Source: a virus. From it: 64,000 nucleotides of DNA. The stretch spans positions 32,001-96,000 of IMG/VR virus record IMGVR_UViG_3300037245_000806; one strand, given 5' to 3'. A model generated the notes under the pieces. It made no database searches, was not told where the DNA came from, and worked only from the letters and a program-made list of their open reading frames with translations. Shown here piece by piece: positions 54,801 through 62,584 of the stretch. A program made the translations under genes and the position numbers. Within the stretch, counting starts at the first letter, position 1, and each line of letters begins with the position of its first letter.

Positions 54801-55309
54801 GCGATGATGTTGTGCAGCAACTCCTCGTCGAAGACCACGCCCTGTTCGATGCTGAATGCCGCATCGAGGAACGCGCCCGCGAGGCCAGAGCCATAGCGCG
54901 TCCCGATAGAGAAATGGTCCAAGCGGTGCTGCACCCGGTTGCTGCTGTAGTCATGGCGCTCTTCGGTGATCTTGTAAATCGCGCCGTCTCGGAACACCGT
55001 CGCCACAGGCACAGTGGAGGCGAGCAAGTCCCACGGAGTCGTACTCTGCTGAAGCACGCCTGCGGGATCGAAATACACGAAGGTCAGGTCTTGGTCAGCC
55101 GCGATGGTGACGATATCCGTAGTCGTCTTTATTACGAGCACTCCCTCGACCCAATAAGTATAGGACGCCGCCGAAGGCGCAATCTCGAAGTCCCCACCGT
55201 TCATCACCATGGTGGAGTCGGTGAGGTTCGGGAAGCCATGGAAAATCTTCTTGCCAGCGAGCGCGGGCAGAAGACCGGCAACCTGTTTCTGTTCAACCGG
55301 ACTTGACAT
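51812..55309 (-). CDS. Large fibre/spike protein with a beta-helix-like central region
   Basis: HPASAIS...DVQ.ALD, LWVAKNGSD..G.G....PFLTL..AL..I and Gly-rich repeats. Confidence 0.75.
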   Translation of the reverse strand: MSSPVEQKQVAGLLPALAGKKIFHGFPNLTDSTMVMNGGDFEIAPSAASYTYWVEGVLVIKTTTDIVTIAADQDLTFVYFDPAGVLQQSTTPWDLLASTVPVATVFRDGAIYKITEERHDYSSNRVQHRLDHFSIGTRYGSGLAGAFLDAAFSIEQGVVFDEELLHNIIAQASGNIWYRNAGLTSMRVENAVATPYRVVNAGVDDTLMFDDAGTLTAAANNRYINYYIYGAGVLGSPIQTLVGQAQYTTVSGAENESFPAILMGVAEWKLLYRVTYRNVGGTPDFISAVDYRNVSTGPAVDAGSIVHAGTTGRSAPDSHPASAISTVVAAFTKNLSASDTDVQKALDTIDDLDLGGGSLSVNQVAHGFTAPTTAVTVVRPTNAGWVRAKADSSLNAEACWVVIAVAGVDNFTVQKIGDVVITGWQNGGALTVNTTYFLSPTSAGVPTTTKPTTVGQIVLPVLRTSTTDKGEILDLIGLKLSAQPQTVIKNLLWVAKNGSDLTGLGHMTSPFLTLKHALSTITDADVTNRYIIKVGPGVFIEDNPLVNIPYVDIVSCNGASSTVIEADTSSSDLFAGADNSELEGFTLRGTTTAALAKMSVSNGTWVLRDIRVEDGLVGIECAAAGALVLCYDCAAAPITSLGTYFRSSVAGGTVLSYTSMIIRNAPVDTVLHASAPGAVVAAVGFASTSNQVINSAYADSGVIAVIGGRLSGGDYGFRTGGSGGQISAQGIQIESTIFDILVETASGVIEAQTVSFSRDRVSIAAGATVNIGGFDTDVNVYRFLEDMAVGSHGQTGGNFLRAGQGGPYFFGTKVKTFDGSATYADVADGNDISFPNVNADAAIYFGDLSPFIFHAIGYIMGITPINLGAGSIVWEYYDGGSASWLAINSLNTRSGFSNSTADVSFGGASDKGYTIRWDQRIHDGVTEASPSAAGWATVAVDGDTGYWMRCRIVTAITTSPILRSPRMKGSYFEIRPNGTVSHHGDARTARPQLSESGVFKGGAGDQSIDISANIPAFGLKENKFEDTKDDDMYFRILITADMDTSSGIQVVFELSADAPIAGGDKVAVMNLYAAKTGPGATFNGSALEEPTQVNLITFTNLWPAGRSQRYVLAKRIDISDRKTGDIIWCRLQRPANHGSDDLVADVVLENFFYGIREWQVGTLNE

Positions 55310-55321
55310 CAGCGCCCCCTA

Positions 55322-56683
55322 CTAGGCAGCGGTATCGTAGACAAGCGCAATCGAGTCAGTCGCGGCATCAAGCTGATAGCCCGCACTTGAACCGCGCCAG
55401 TGCAGCGTGTCGGCAGCGTCGATGGCGCTCAGGGCACGGGCTGTTATCCCGGCGTCATCTGAGAAGAAACAGTCCTTCGTCTTGTCGCCGCCAAGCTCCA
55501 CGCGAACGCCGTTGACATACACGTTGACCGCTCTGTCCCCGGCGGGCCTCTTCGTGATGGCAACGCCGGTCGCGTCATCGTCAGTCGTCGTAGTGCTCAC
55601 CGGAAGGTCTTTGTCAGCGGCGGTCGGGGTCGCGGCCTTGAGTTGACTGCCGCTCTCCTTCACGGTGTCATCGTCAATCTTGACCGCGACACCGTTCACG
55701 TTCACGTCGATAACCTTGGCGAGGTTCGCACCGCCCGTAGCGTCAGGAACCACTGCGAGAGGTGTACCGCCACCGCCCGAGATGCCGTTGCCCGCGACCG
55801 AAGTGTTCAGATGCGACTCGGTGATACCGGCTGCCTTGACCCGCACTTCACCGACTTGCCCTGCCACGTCCGAAACCTCAATGGTAGCGTTGTCAGGGTT
55901 GACAGCGATGTCGTCGGCGTTGGCAAGGATGCCGCCGCCTTCATTGCCGCCACCGTCACCGAGCTTCTCACCGACGCTAATCGTGTTGCCACTCTTGGTG
56001 AGGCCTGCGCCCGCGTCGATCTGTCCAGCGCCGGAGGTCTGCGTGAACGTGAGCGCGGTCGTGTCAACGGTGATTGTGTCTGGTGTGATGAGCGTCCACT
56101 GCGAGTCCTGATTCACCGTTCCCGCAGCAACCCACGCGTAGTCGCCGTGCTCGACTTCACCTGTGGGTGAACCGTCGAAGTCCTCGGCACGTGTGAATTC
56201 CGCCTGCACGCCGGTCGCGCCTTCGGTCGTACACTTGTAAATACCGTGATCGACGTGCGCGCCTTCTGCCCCCTGCGCACCATTCTCGTTCTTCACGATC
56301 AAGCGGTCATCGAGGAGCACCTTCACGCTATCCACGAAGAAGTCGCCGGTCGCGTCAATGGTGAGCGTGCGGCCCACGCCAGCCGGGCCACCCATCGTGT
56401 ACGCGGGTAGTGCAGCAGCGGTCGCAAGGTTACAGGTCTGCTTGGGGTGAAGCCCATTGGCAATATCGTCAACGTACTTCTTGTTGACCGCAGACGAGTC
56501 ACCCGCTGGGGTGTCGGCTACTTGGATGTCACCTCCCGAGAAGTCGTAGGTCTGCGTCTTATCGACCTTCGAGGGGATCACTGCATTGTTGGCGAGTTGT
56601 GTGGTATCGACCGCGCCGTCTTCGAGCTTCCCGCCGGGGATGCTCTGGTCCTGCATCTGCTTTCCGTGAATCGGCTTACTCAT
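55322..56683 (-). CDS. Fibre protein
   Basis: AVNK.YVD....GL..K and AG.GL/GNGI repeats; shares its C-terminal domain with the next gene. Confidence 0.75.
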   Translation of the reverse strand: MSKPIHGKQMQDQSIPGGKLEDGAVDTTQLANNAVIPSKVDKTQTYDFSGGDIQVADTPAGDSSAVNKKYVDDIANGLHPKQTCNLATAAALPAYTMGGPAGVGRTLTIDATGDFFVDSVKVLLDDRLIVKNENGAQGAEGAHVDHGIYKCTTEGATGVQAEFTRAEDFDGSPTGEVEHGDYAWVAAGTVNQDSQWTLITPDTITVDTTALTFTQTSGAGQIDAGAGLTKSGNTISVGEKLGDGGGNEGGGILANADDIAVNPDNATIEVSDVAGQVGEVRVKAAGITESHLNTSVAGNGISGGGGTPLAVVPDATGGANLAKVIDVNVNGVAVKIDDDTVKESGSQLKAATPTAADKDLPVSTTTTDDDATGVAITKRPAGDRAVNVYVNGVRVELGGDKTKDCFFSDDAGITARALSAIDAADTLHWRGSSAGYQLDAATDSIALVYDTAA

Positions 56684-56693
56684 CGAACACCCC

Positions 56694-58265
56694 CTAGACC
56701 TCGTAAATAAGGTCGATCACATCCGTGGGATCAAGCTGGAAGCCCGCCGCCCCGCCGCCCCAATAGAGCTTACTGGCACCACCCGCGATGGAACCTATTG
56801 TAGTCACCGTGCCGCCGCCGTCATCTGAAAAAAAGCAGAATGATGTGAGTTTCTCAGCAGTGTCTCGTGCGGGCTTGTACTCCACCCCGTTCACACGCAC
56901 GATCACGTCATGCTCGGGCGTCCGCGTGATGGCTGCTGTTGCAGCAAGCTGGTACACACCCGTCGTCGTGAGCGCAGGGATGTCGTAGTCACCGTTGAGC
57001 GCGGGGGCCGGTACCGAGTTCCACCGCTGTCCGTCATGGCGGCGTATGTCACCAACATTGGCAGTCGGTGCCTCCTTGAAGGTCACCGCATTCGTTCCGG
57101 CAATGACAAGCTCGACAGGGACAGGGCCGGGATAGATCGCTGAGTAGCAGTCCTTCCAGAAAGAGAAGGAACTCAGCGTACCGTCCACGATGATGTCCGC
57201 TGTTCCCCTGCGCCAGAATCCCACGCCACTCAATACCAGCAGGTTGTTCACAGTTCCGACGAGCACTTCGATCTCGCCGTTTATCACGCCCTTCCCAAGC
57301 CCCGGCGTACCCCTGCCTGCGTACATGAAGAATGCATTGCCAGACAAGCGGAACACTGTCCCTTGGAACGAACCTGCATACGCCGTGCAGTCGATGCCTG
57401 CGAAGCGGCCACCCGTAGTAATGTCCATCACAATGTAACCGACCTCGCTGGTGAGCGTACATCTCTCAGGTGCTATCGTGACACCACCCGAAGCCAGCGG
57501 TGCATATGTGATCGTGTCCGAGTCCGGCGAGCCCTTCACGTTGCAATCGAAGAGATAGATGCGCTTGCTGTAGTCGCCCCCTGCAACGTGGATCGCTGGA
57601 CCCGTTGTTGGCAGAACAGCAATCCCGCGCAGCGTGATGTCGTTGGCTATCCCCGACAGGTTGACCGTATACGTCAGCGTTCCGAGGATGCTAACTCGCT
57701 GCCCGGTCGGGTAAACATCCACCACGCCCGTGAACACGTCCACAGCTTCGAGGTTGATCCACGGGCTCGGAATCGAAACGCTCTCAGCGTAATCCCCGTT
57801 CAGGATGCCGACGCGCGCTTGGATGTCCCTTGTCCAGCCCGCATCCGTGGCGGCTTGATCCACGGCGGATTGAATCGTCTGGAAGGGTGCCTTACCTACC
57901 GGCCCCACGAGGTAGTCGTAATCGAATAGCGGCGTGCGGTTGCGCCACACCGCTGCGCCGATTGAGTTGTCGAGGCACTGGAACACATTCTCAGTGGTAG
58001 TGTTCAGCCAGCCACCGCCCGCATTGAAGCCCGCGTTGGCATCATCGTTGACAGTCGGGTCGATGGCAGACACGTACACACCCGCGCCGCCTGACTCGGT
58101 CCATACTGCCGCGCCAATCGCAGCGTTCGTACACATGAAGGCTTCGTCAGTTGCCGTGTTGATCCAGAACGTGAAATACCCGAAGCCCAAGCTGCTGTCA
58201 TCCGTGGGCAGCGGGTCGCGGGTATCAGTCCACAGCTTGATGCGTTGAACCGGACGCTCGATCAT
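56694..58265 (-). CDS. Fibre/spike protein with a pectin-lyase-like region
   Basis: Tandem DP...DD...GF....W.NT.T...F.C.....GAAVW; F.TIQSAVD.A...I..GDY.E.V. Confidence 0.75.
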   Translation of the reverse strand: MIERPVQRIKLWTDTRDPLPTDDSSLGFGYFTFWINTATDEAFMCTNAAIGAAVWTESGGAGVYVSAIDPTVNDDANAGFNAGGGWLNTTTENVFQCLDNSIGAAVWRNRTPLFDYDYLVGPVGKAPFQTIQSAVDQAATDAGWTRDIQARVGILNGDYAESVSIPSPWINLEAVDVFTGVVDVYPTGQRVSILGTLTYTVNLSGIANDITLRGIAVLPTTGPAIHVAGGDYSKRIYLFDCNVKGSPDSDTITYAPLASGGVTIAPERCTLTSEVGYIVMDITTGGRFAGIDCTAYAGSFQGTVFRLSGNAFFMYAGRGTPGLGKGVINGEIEVLVGTVNNLLVLSGVGFWRRGTADIIVDGTLSSFSFWKDCYSAIYPGPVPVELVIAGTNAVTFKEAPTANVGDIRRHDGQRWNSVPAPALNGDYDIPALTTTGVYQLAATAAITRTPEHDVIVRVNGVEYKPARDTAEKLTSFCFFSDDGGGTVTTIGSIAGGASKLYWGGGAAGFQLDPTDVIDLIYEV

Positions 58266-58285
58266 AGGTCAGTCCCCACGTAGTC

Positions 58286-58300
58286 GTGACACAGTGTTAC
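58286..58300. promoter_or_regulatory. Palindromic site GTGACACAGTGTTAC (copy 7)
   Basis: Overlaps the upstream TAA; lies about 20 nt before the start of the fibre block. Confidence 0.75.
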
Positions 58301-61227
58301 GCTCTGGCCGGTCCGATCTTCGACATGCCATCGTACCAGATGAGTCCCTTCTTGCCGAGCGCTTTTGCGGCACTCATGAGTTTCTTGAAGTGAATACCGG
58401 TGAACTCAGGGCGCTTGGCGATTGCGGATAGCTTGTAGTCGCCCCCCTCGGCAGTCTTCTCCATGAACGCGAGCAACGCCGCCTGCGCCTTGCCCTTCGC
58501 GGCTGCCTCCTGAATGCCCTCCGCGACCTTCTCGGCACTCACAGAGTCCGTGCCATACATGGAGTCGTCAGCGGGCGTGAGGTACCGCTGAACCTGTCGC
58601 TTCGTGAAGCGGTCCGTGTTGCCGGTCAGCGTGGTGAGCGCCACGATGTCTGGCAGGATGTACTGGACGAACACGCGGCCTGCACCGATCCGCACGCCAG
58701 TGCCGCCCTTCATCTCCTTGTTCAGGATCGCATTGCCCTTGTAGTTGTCGTTGTCATCGATCACGAGCCCGAGCTTCGTGACAAGCTTGTCATTGGACCC
58801 GGCGACACCCTCGGCAATGCCCTTCTTCCAGAGGTCGCAGATATCATCCTGCTCGATCTTCCCGCGCACCAGCTGGCAGGCATCGGGGAGGACCACAGAC
58901 GAGCAAGTTCCGCAGCGCTTGTCGCCGTCCTTGTCAGTCTGCGAATGGCGGTAGTTCACTTCCTCCTTGGGCTTCCGGTCCACCGCTTTGTTGCGGGTGG
59001 GGGCGGCTGCCTCATCGACGGGCTCCAAGACTTTCTCACCCACGTCCTTCGAGGTCATTGAAACGCGCCAACCCTTGCCATTCTTCTTTCGCCACTTACG
59101 CATCAACCTCGCAGAGCCGCGCTTGACCACAATACCCGCAGGGTCCACAAGCACATAGCCCACCATGGCTTCCTGTAGTTTGATGATATTGGCAATGCCT
59201 TTCCCCGCCGGAAGCGAGCGCTGTGACGCCGGGGTGACACCAAGCTCCTTCTTCAGCGCAGCCCGGAACGATGGACTCTTCATGGCGTCAGCAAAGGACA
59301 CGCTGGCGAAGCCACCACTGAGCCTGACCTTCCCGCCGTACTTCTTGGCGAGCGCGCGAAGTGACTTCGTGAACGCACTGTCGGTCGCCTCATCGAGCTT
59401 GACGCGTGTGGTATTGAAGCCCGCGCCCTTGACTGCTCGAATGATGCGACTCACTGAGGCCACTGCTTCTGCTGCCGTCGCAGGCTTACGCCGTAGTGTT
59501 GCCATGAGTTTCTTCGCCCCCGTACCAATTGCCTTGAGCACCTTCACGAGCGTTGCGTCCGGTCGCTTGTCATCCACCGCGCGAATCGCATACGCCTTGA
59601 TCTTATGCTTCCCCTTCGGACCGAAGTCAACAAGATACTCAGGATCAACGGTAGTGTCCTTCGCGACCAGTGACACAATGTTGCCCCGGAGGCTCGCAAC
59701 CTTGACCTTCTGGCCGGGCTTGAAGAAGCTCTCCTCGTCGATGGATTCGCGCAGTGCTCTATGGGGCTCATCCGCGAGGCGATACTTCTGACCCTTGAGC
59801 GTGAACCAATGCTTCTTGCCGTGCGACACCATCACGCCCTTGAGTTGCTCATCCGACACAGCTTCAGCAACCCCCAGCTGAACGTAAACGCGGTAGACGT
59901 GCGAGCGGAAGCTGCTGTCCTCCTCGATGTCGTCCAACGCGAGGTAAATGCGCTTGGCTGCCTGCGTGTTCAGGGCGATACGGTAGTTGGCTCCCGCCTT
60001 CTTCGCCTCGCCTATCGCTTTGACGCCAGCCCGATCCAAGGCATCCTGCGGGTCGTCCACTTCGACGATCTTGTAACGCAACTCCTCGAACAGCTTCTTC
60101 GATACGACAATGTGCCGGGGCAGCTTGTACACTTCATCGATGGACTCGCGCGCGGACTTGAGTTCCTTGTACTCACTCCACCAACCGTCCAACGTCATGG
60201 CGTCCACTTGCGAGGTCATGACGCTCGCCGTGTACCATCCCGACGCACCCCCGCCAATGAAGTAGTAGTAACCCTTACCCTTTACCAGCTTCTCCTTGAC
60301 GCCCTTCGCCTTGAGCATCTTGTTGACCGTGCCGAGGGTCACCTTGCCCTCATCGATGGATTCATTCTTCCTCTTGAGCCGCACCTCGTCAGCCTTCACG
60401 GTGATCTCATTCGGGGTCTGCGTCTTCGTGCCGGGTGCGACACGTGCGTAGTCCTTTGGATCGATCAGGACCACGAGTGTCGCTGGACCCTTCGGATAGA
60501 AGACATTGACATCGCGCTTGATGATCTTGCCGGGGACCGGAGGCTTGACTGCGATGGGCTTGTACCCGCGCTTCCATCCGAACCTGCGGACGACCACGAT
60601 CTCATCGCCCACCTTGTACGTTGGGCCTTTGTAAATGCTCGGTATGAAGATGCGCTTCTCATCGATGGCAGCCGCCTCGAACACTTTCTTCGGACCGCAG
60701 TAGTCACATACACCACATTGCGCGGTGCCACGCCACTGAGTATCCGGGTCGTCCTTGGGGCCGAACCTGATGTGCTCCGTCGAACCGCACTCGGGGCAGA
60801 GCACCTCACTGATATCTTCAGTGGCAAGCAAGGTACCGCTAAGCGGAACCGTGAAGAATCCCTGCTTGCCAGAGCCGCTCGTCCCCGAAGGCCCGTGGCC
60901 GCTGTAGTGCATATGCACCTGAGCACCAGAGCGAGCGTACTTCGGGAAATACTTGGCGATGATCTTCTGCGTCTTCTCAGGGCTGTGATACAGGCGCGCG
61001 ACCGTGAAGTCCTTCGCGTCCTGTGACTTCCCCTTGGTGGCGTCATCGAACTTCAGGTACCGGGCCTTCATGAACGTGTCGGAGTATGCGATGCGCCGTA
61101 GTTTGCTGGCCATCTCAGTGGTGACGAGCACCTCGTACACGCGCAGCTGCTTGCCGACCACCTCGATGGCAAGGTCGCCCCGATAGACTTGGCCCGCACG
61201 CTTCTCAGCTTCTAGGATGGCTGGCAT
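58297..61227 (-). CDS. Basic multi-module protein (976 aa), putative protease-processed internal head polyprotein
   Basis: ESIDE x3 plus IDE/LDE/VDE/LQE/IQE linkers between Lys-rich modules; start MPAILE (AAGGGG RBS). Confidence 0.75.
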   Translation of the reverse strand: MPAILEAEKRAGQVYRGDLAIEVVGKQLRVYEVLVTTEMASKLRRIAYSDTFMKARYLKFDDATKGKSQDAKDFTVARLYHSPEKTQKIIAKYFPKYARSGAQVHMHYSGHGPSGTSGSGKQGFFTVPLSGTLLATEDISEVLCPECGSTEHIRFGPKDDPDTQWRGTAQCGVCDYCGPKKVFEAAAIDEKRIFIPSIYKGPTYKVGDEIVVVRRFGWKRGYKPIAVKPPVPGKIIKRDVNVFYPKGPATLVVLIDPKDYARVAPGTKTQTPNEITVKADEVRLKRKNESIDEGKVTLGTVNKMLKAKGVKEKLVKGKGYYYFIGGGASGWYTASVMTSQVDAMTLDGWWSEYKELKSARESIDEVYKLPRHIVVSKKLFEELRYKIVEVDDPQDALDRAGVKAIGEAKKAGANYRIALNTQAAKRIYLALDDIEEDSSFRSHVYRVYVQLGVAEAVSDEQLKGVMVSHGKKHWFTLKGQKYRLADEPHRALRESIDEESFFKPGQKVKVASLRGNIVSLVAKDTTVDPEYLVDFGPKGKHKIKAYAIRAVDDKRPDATLVKVLKAIGTGAKKLMATLRRKPATAAEAVASVSRIIRAVKGAGFNTTRVKLDEATDSAFTKSLRALAKKYGGKVRLSGGFASVSFADAMKSPSFRAALKKELGVTPASQRSLPAGKGIANIIKLQEAMVGYVLVDPAGIVVKRGSARLMRKWRKKNGKGWRVSMTSKDVGEKVLEPVDEAAAPTRNKAVDRKPKEEVNYRHSQTDKDGDKRCGTCSSVVLPDACQLVRGKIEQDDICDLWKKGIAEGVAGSNDKLVTKLGLVIDDNDNYKGNAILNKEMKGGTGVRIGAGRVFVQYILPDIVALTTLTGNTDRFTKRQVQRYLTPADDSMYGTDSVSAEKVAEGIQEAAAKGKAQAALLAFMEKTAEGGDYKLSAIAKRPEFTGIHFKKLMSAAKALGKKGLIWYDGMSKIGPARA

Positions 61228-61237
61228 GACTGCCCCT

Positions 61238-61378
61238 TCAGATGAGGTCTTCGATGGAATCGAGCACGCGCTCTGTATCCGGCGACAGCATGATCTCCAT
61301 GACGACCAATGGTAGTGCAATGACGAGCACAACGAAAGCGCGAAGACTGAAGTTCAGCCGTGGCAGATCAGGATACAT
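61238..61378 (-). CDS. Small membrane protein (46 aa)
   Basis: My translation MYPDLPRLNFSLRAFVVLVIALPLVVMEIMLSP...; TAATG overlap with the upstream gene. Confidence 0.5.
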   Translation of the reverse strand: MYPDLPRLNFSLRAFVVLVIALPLVVMEIMLSPDTERVLDSIEDLI

Positions 61379-61686
61379 TAGAGCGCCCCCTTTGGCGTCG
61401 GTCCACACCACTTGATCTCACCCTTGGTCAGGAAGAAATGGCTCTTGCATTCGCAGGTTCGCTGTAGTGATGGTGTCAATGTCACGCGCTTGTCCTCGGC
61501 GACGGTCAAGTCCCAGCGTGGACCCTTGCCGGGCAGCACTGGAATGTTCACAGCGCGCCCGCACCCGCAGGGGCACACAAACGCAACACACCAAATGCAA
61601 TCGTCCTCGCCACAGACATAGACGACGCCCGGCTTCATGTCTTGGAGATCAGGCCGATAGTGTGTACGCTCAGCGAGCCAGATCAT
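61378..61686 (-). CDS. DUF6527-like protein
   Basis: PGVVY...F.CPCGCG...P......W......VTL.PSL....C.SHFFL..G.I.WC. Confidence 0.8.
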   Translation of the reverse strand: MIWLAERTHYRPDLQDMKPGVVYVCGEDDCIWCVAFVCPCGCGRAVNIPVLPGKGPRWDLTVAEDKRVTLTPSLQRTCECKSHFFLTKGEIKWCGPTPKGAL

Positions 61687-61985
61687 GCGCCCTCCCGTGG
61701 AAGCTCACCGTGCTGGACCTTCTTCTCGAACAGCGCCGGGTTGCGGAAGAAGAGGCGCTTGGCCTCCTCGATCTTGTTGGGGTCCGTAGTGTTCCAGAGG
61801 AGGTGGGCCTTCGCTTGGTACACCTCGACCTCGACGTGTCGCCGACCCTTACCATCTTCGTCGGCGTCCCACTCGGTGATGTACAGGAAGTAATGGCCAT
61901 CCTGCCACTCCTGCACACTGCCCTTGCGCCTCGGGGTGAACGGCATGGACTCGGGGATCGTAGTCTCCACGTTGGCCTCCTGCAT
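61683..61985 (-). CDS. Hypothetical protein
   Basis: 100 aa; ATGA-coupled to the DUF6527-like gene. Confidence 0.6.
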   Translation of the reverse strand: MQEANVETTIPESMPFTPRRKGSVQEWQDGHYFLYITEWDADEDGKGRRHVEVEVYQAKAHLLWNTTDPNKIEEAKRLFFRNPALFEKKVQHGELPREGA

Positions 61986-62084
61986 GCAGCGGCTTCAGGC
62001 ACCCCCTATGGTCCCAGCGTACCGCGATTCTGAAGGCGCAGAAGCCGGGGAGGGAAGGAGGTGCCGGGAGCGGCTGAAAGCTCC

Positions 62085-62555
62085 CTAACCCACTCGGGCA
62101 GCAGGGGTCACCCTTCGTGCTCTCGCGGCCATGGTATTATCGTTGTCGTCGCTGCGGGCTCCGTATCTAGAGCGCGTCAGGACAAGGCCCGTGTCCACAG
62201 GAAGGTCGCCGATGATCGTGCTCTCCGCTTGGTAGTCTTTAGGCGGATGTTTCAGCACTGTCCGTGACTCGTTGTCAGCATGGATGTCGGTGCCGTGTTG
62301 AGACTCACTGTTGGGCTCGGCATCTGGCGCACTGACCTGCGGAAGTTTCAGCGAGTAAACCCCGGTCGCTTGGACCTCGGCGTCGTAGTGCGCGGGTACC
62401 ATGTTGTCCGTCACGTCCATCGTGCAGCCCGCGTGGAACGGGGCGTCGGCAAGAAGCACCGTGCCCTGCTCAACCACAGGAGCTGTGTTCGACGTGCCCG
62501 CAACGAACAGTGCGAGCATTACTGCGATGAGAATCCCTGCCATGCACATGCGCAT
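62085..62555 (-). CDS. Hypothetical protein with a signal-peptide-like N-terminus
   Basis: Hydrophobic N-terminus; AAAGGAGG RBS. Confidence 0.6.
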   Translation of the reverse strand: MRMCMAGILIAVMLALFVAGTSNTAPVVEQGTVLLADAPFHAGCTMDVTDNMVPAHYDAEVQATGVYSLKLPQVSAPDAEPNSESQHGTDIHADNESRTVLKHPPKDYQAESTIIGDLPVDTGLVLTRSRYGARSDDNDNTMAARARRVTPAARVG

Positions 62556-62584
62556 TCGACTCCTCCTTTCAAGAGGTAAACCAC

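Noticed and set aside
6816-58300. Palindrome considered as an RNA hairpin terminator or a host LexA/CRP box
   Set aside because: A one-base centre and no U-tract argue against a terminator, and the sequence does not match the LexA or CRP consensus sequences I know. It is kept as an unknown operator.
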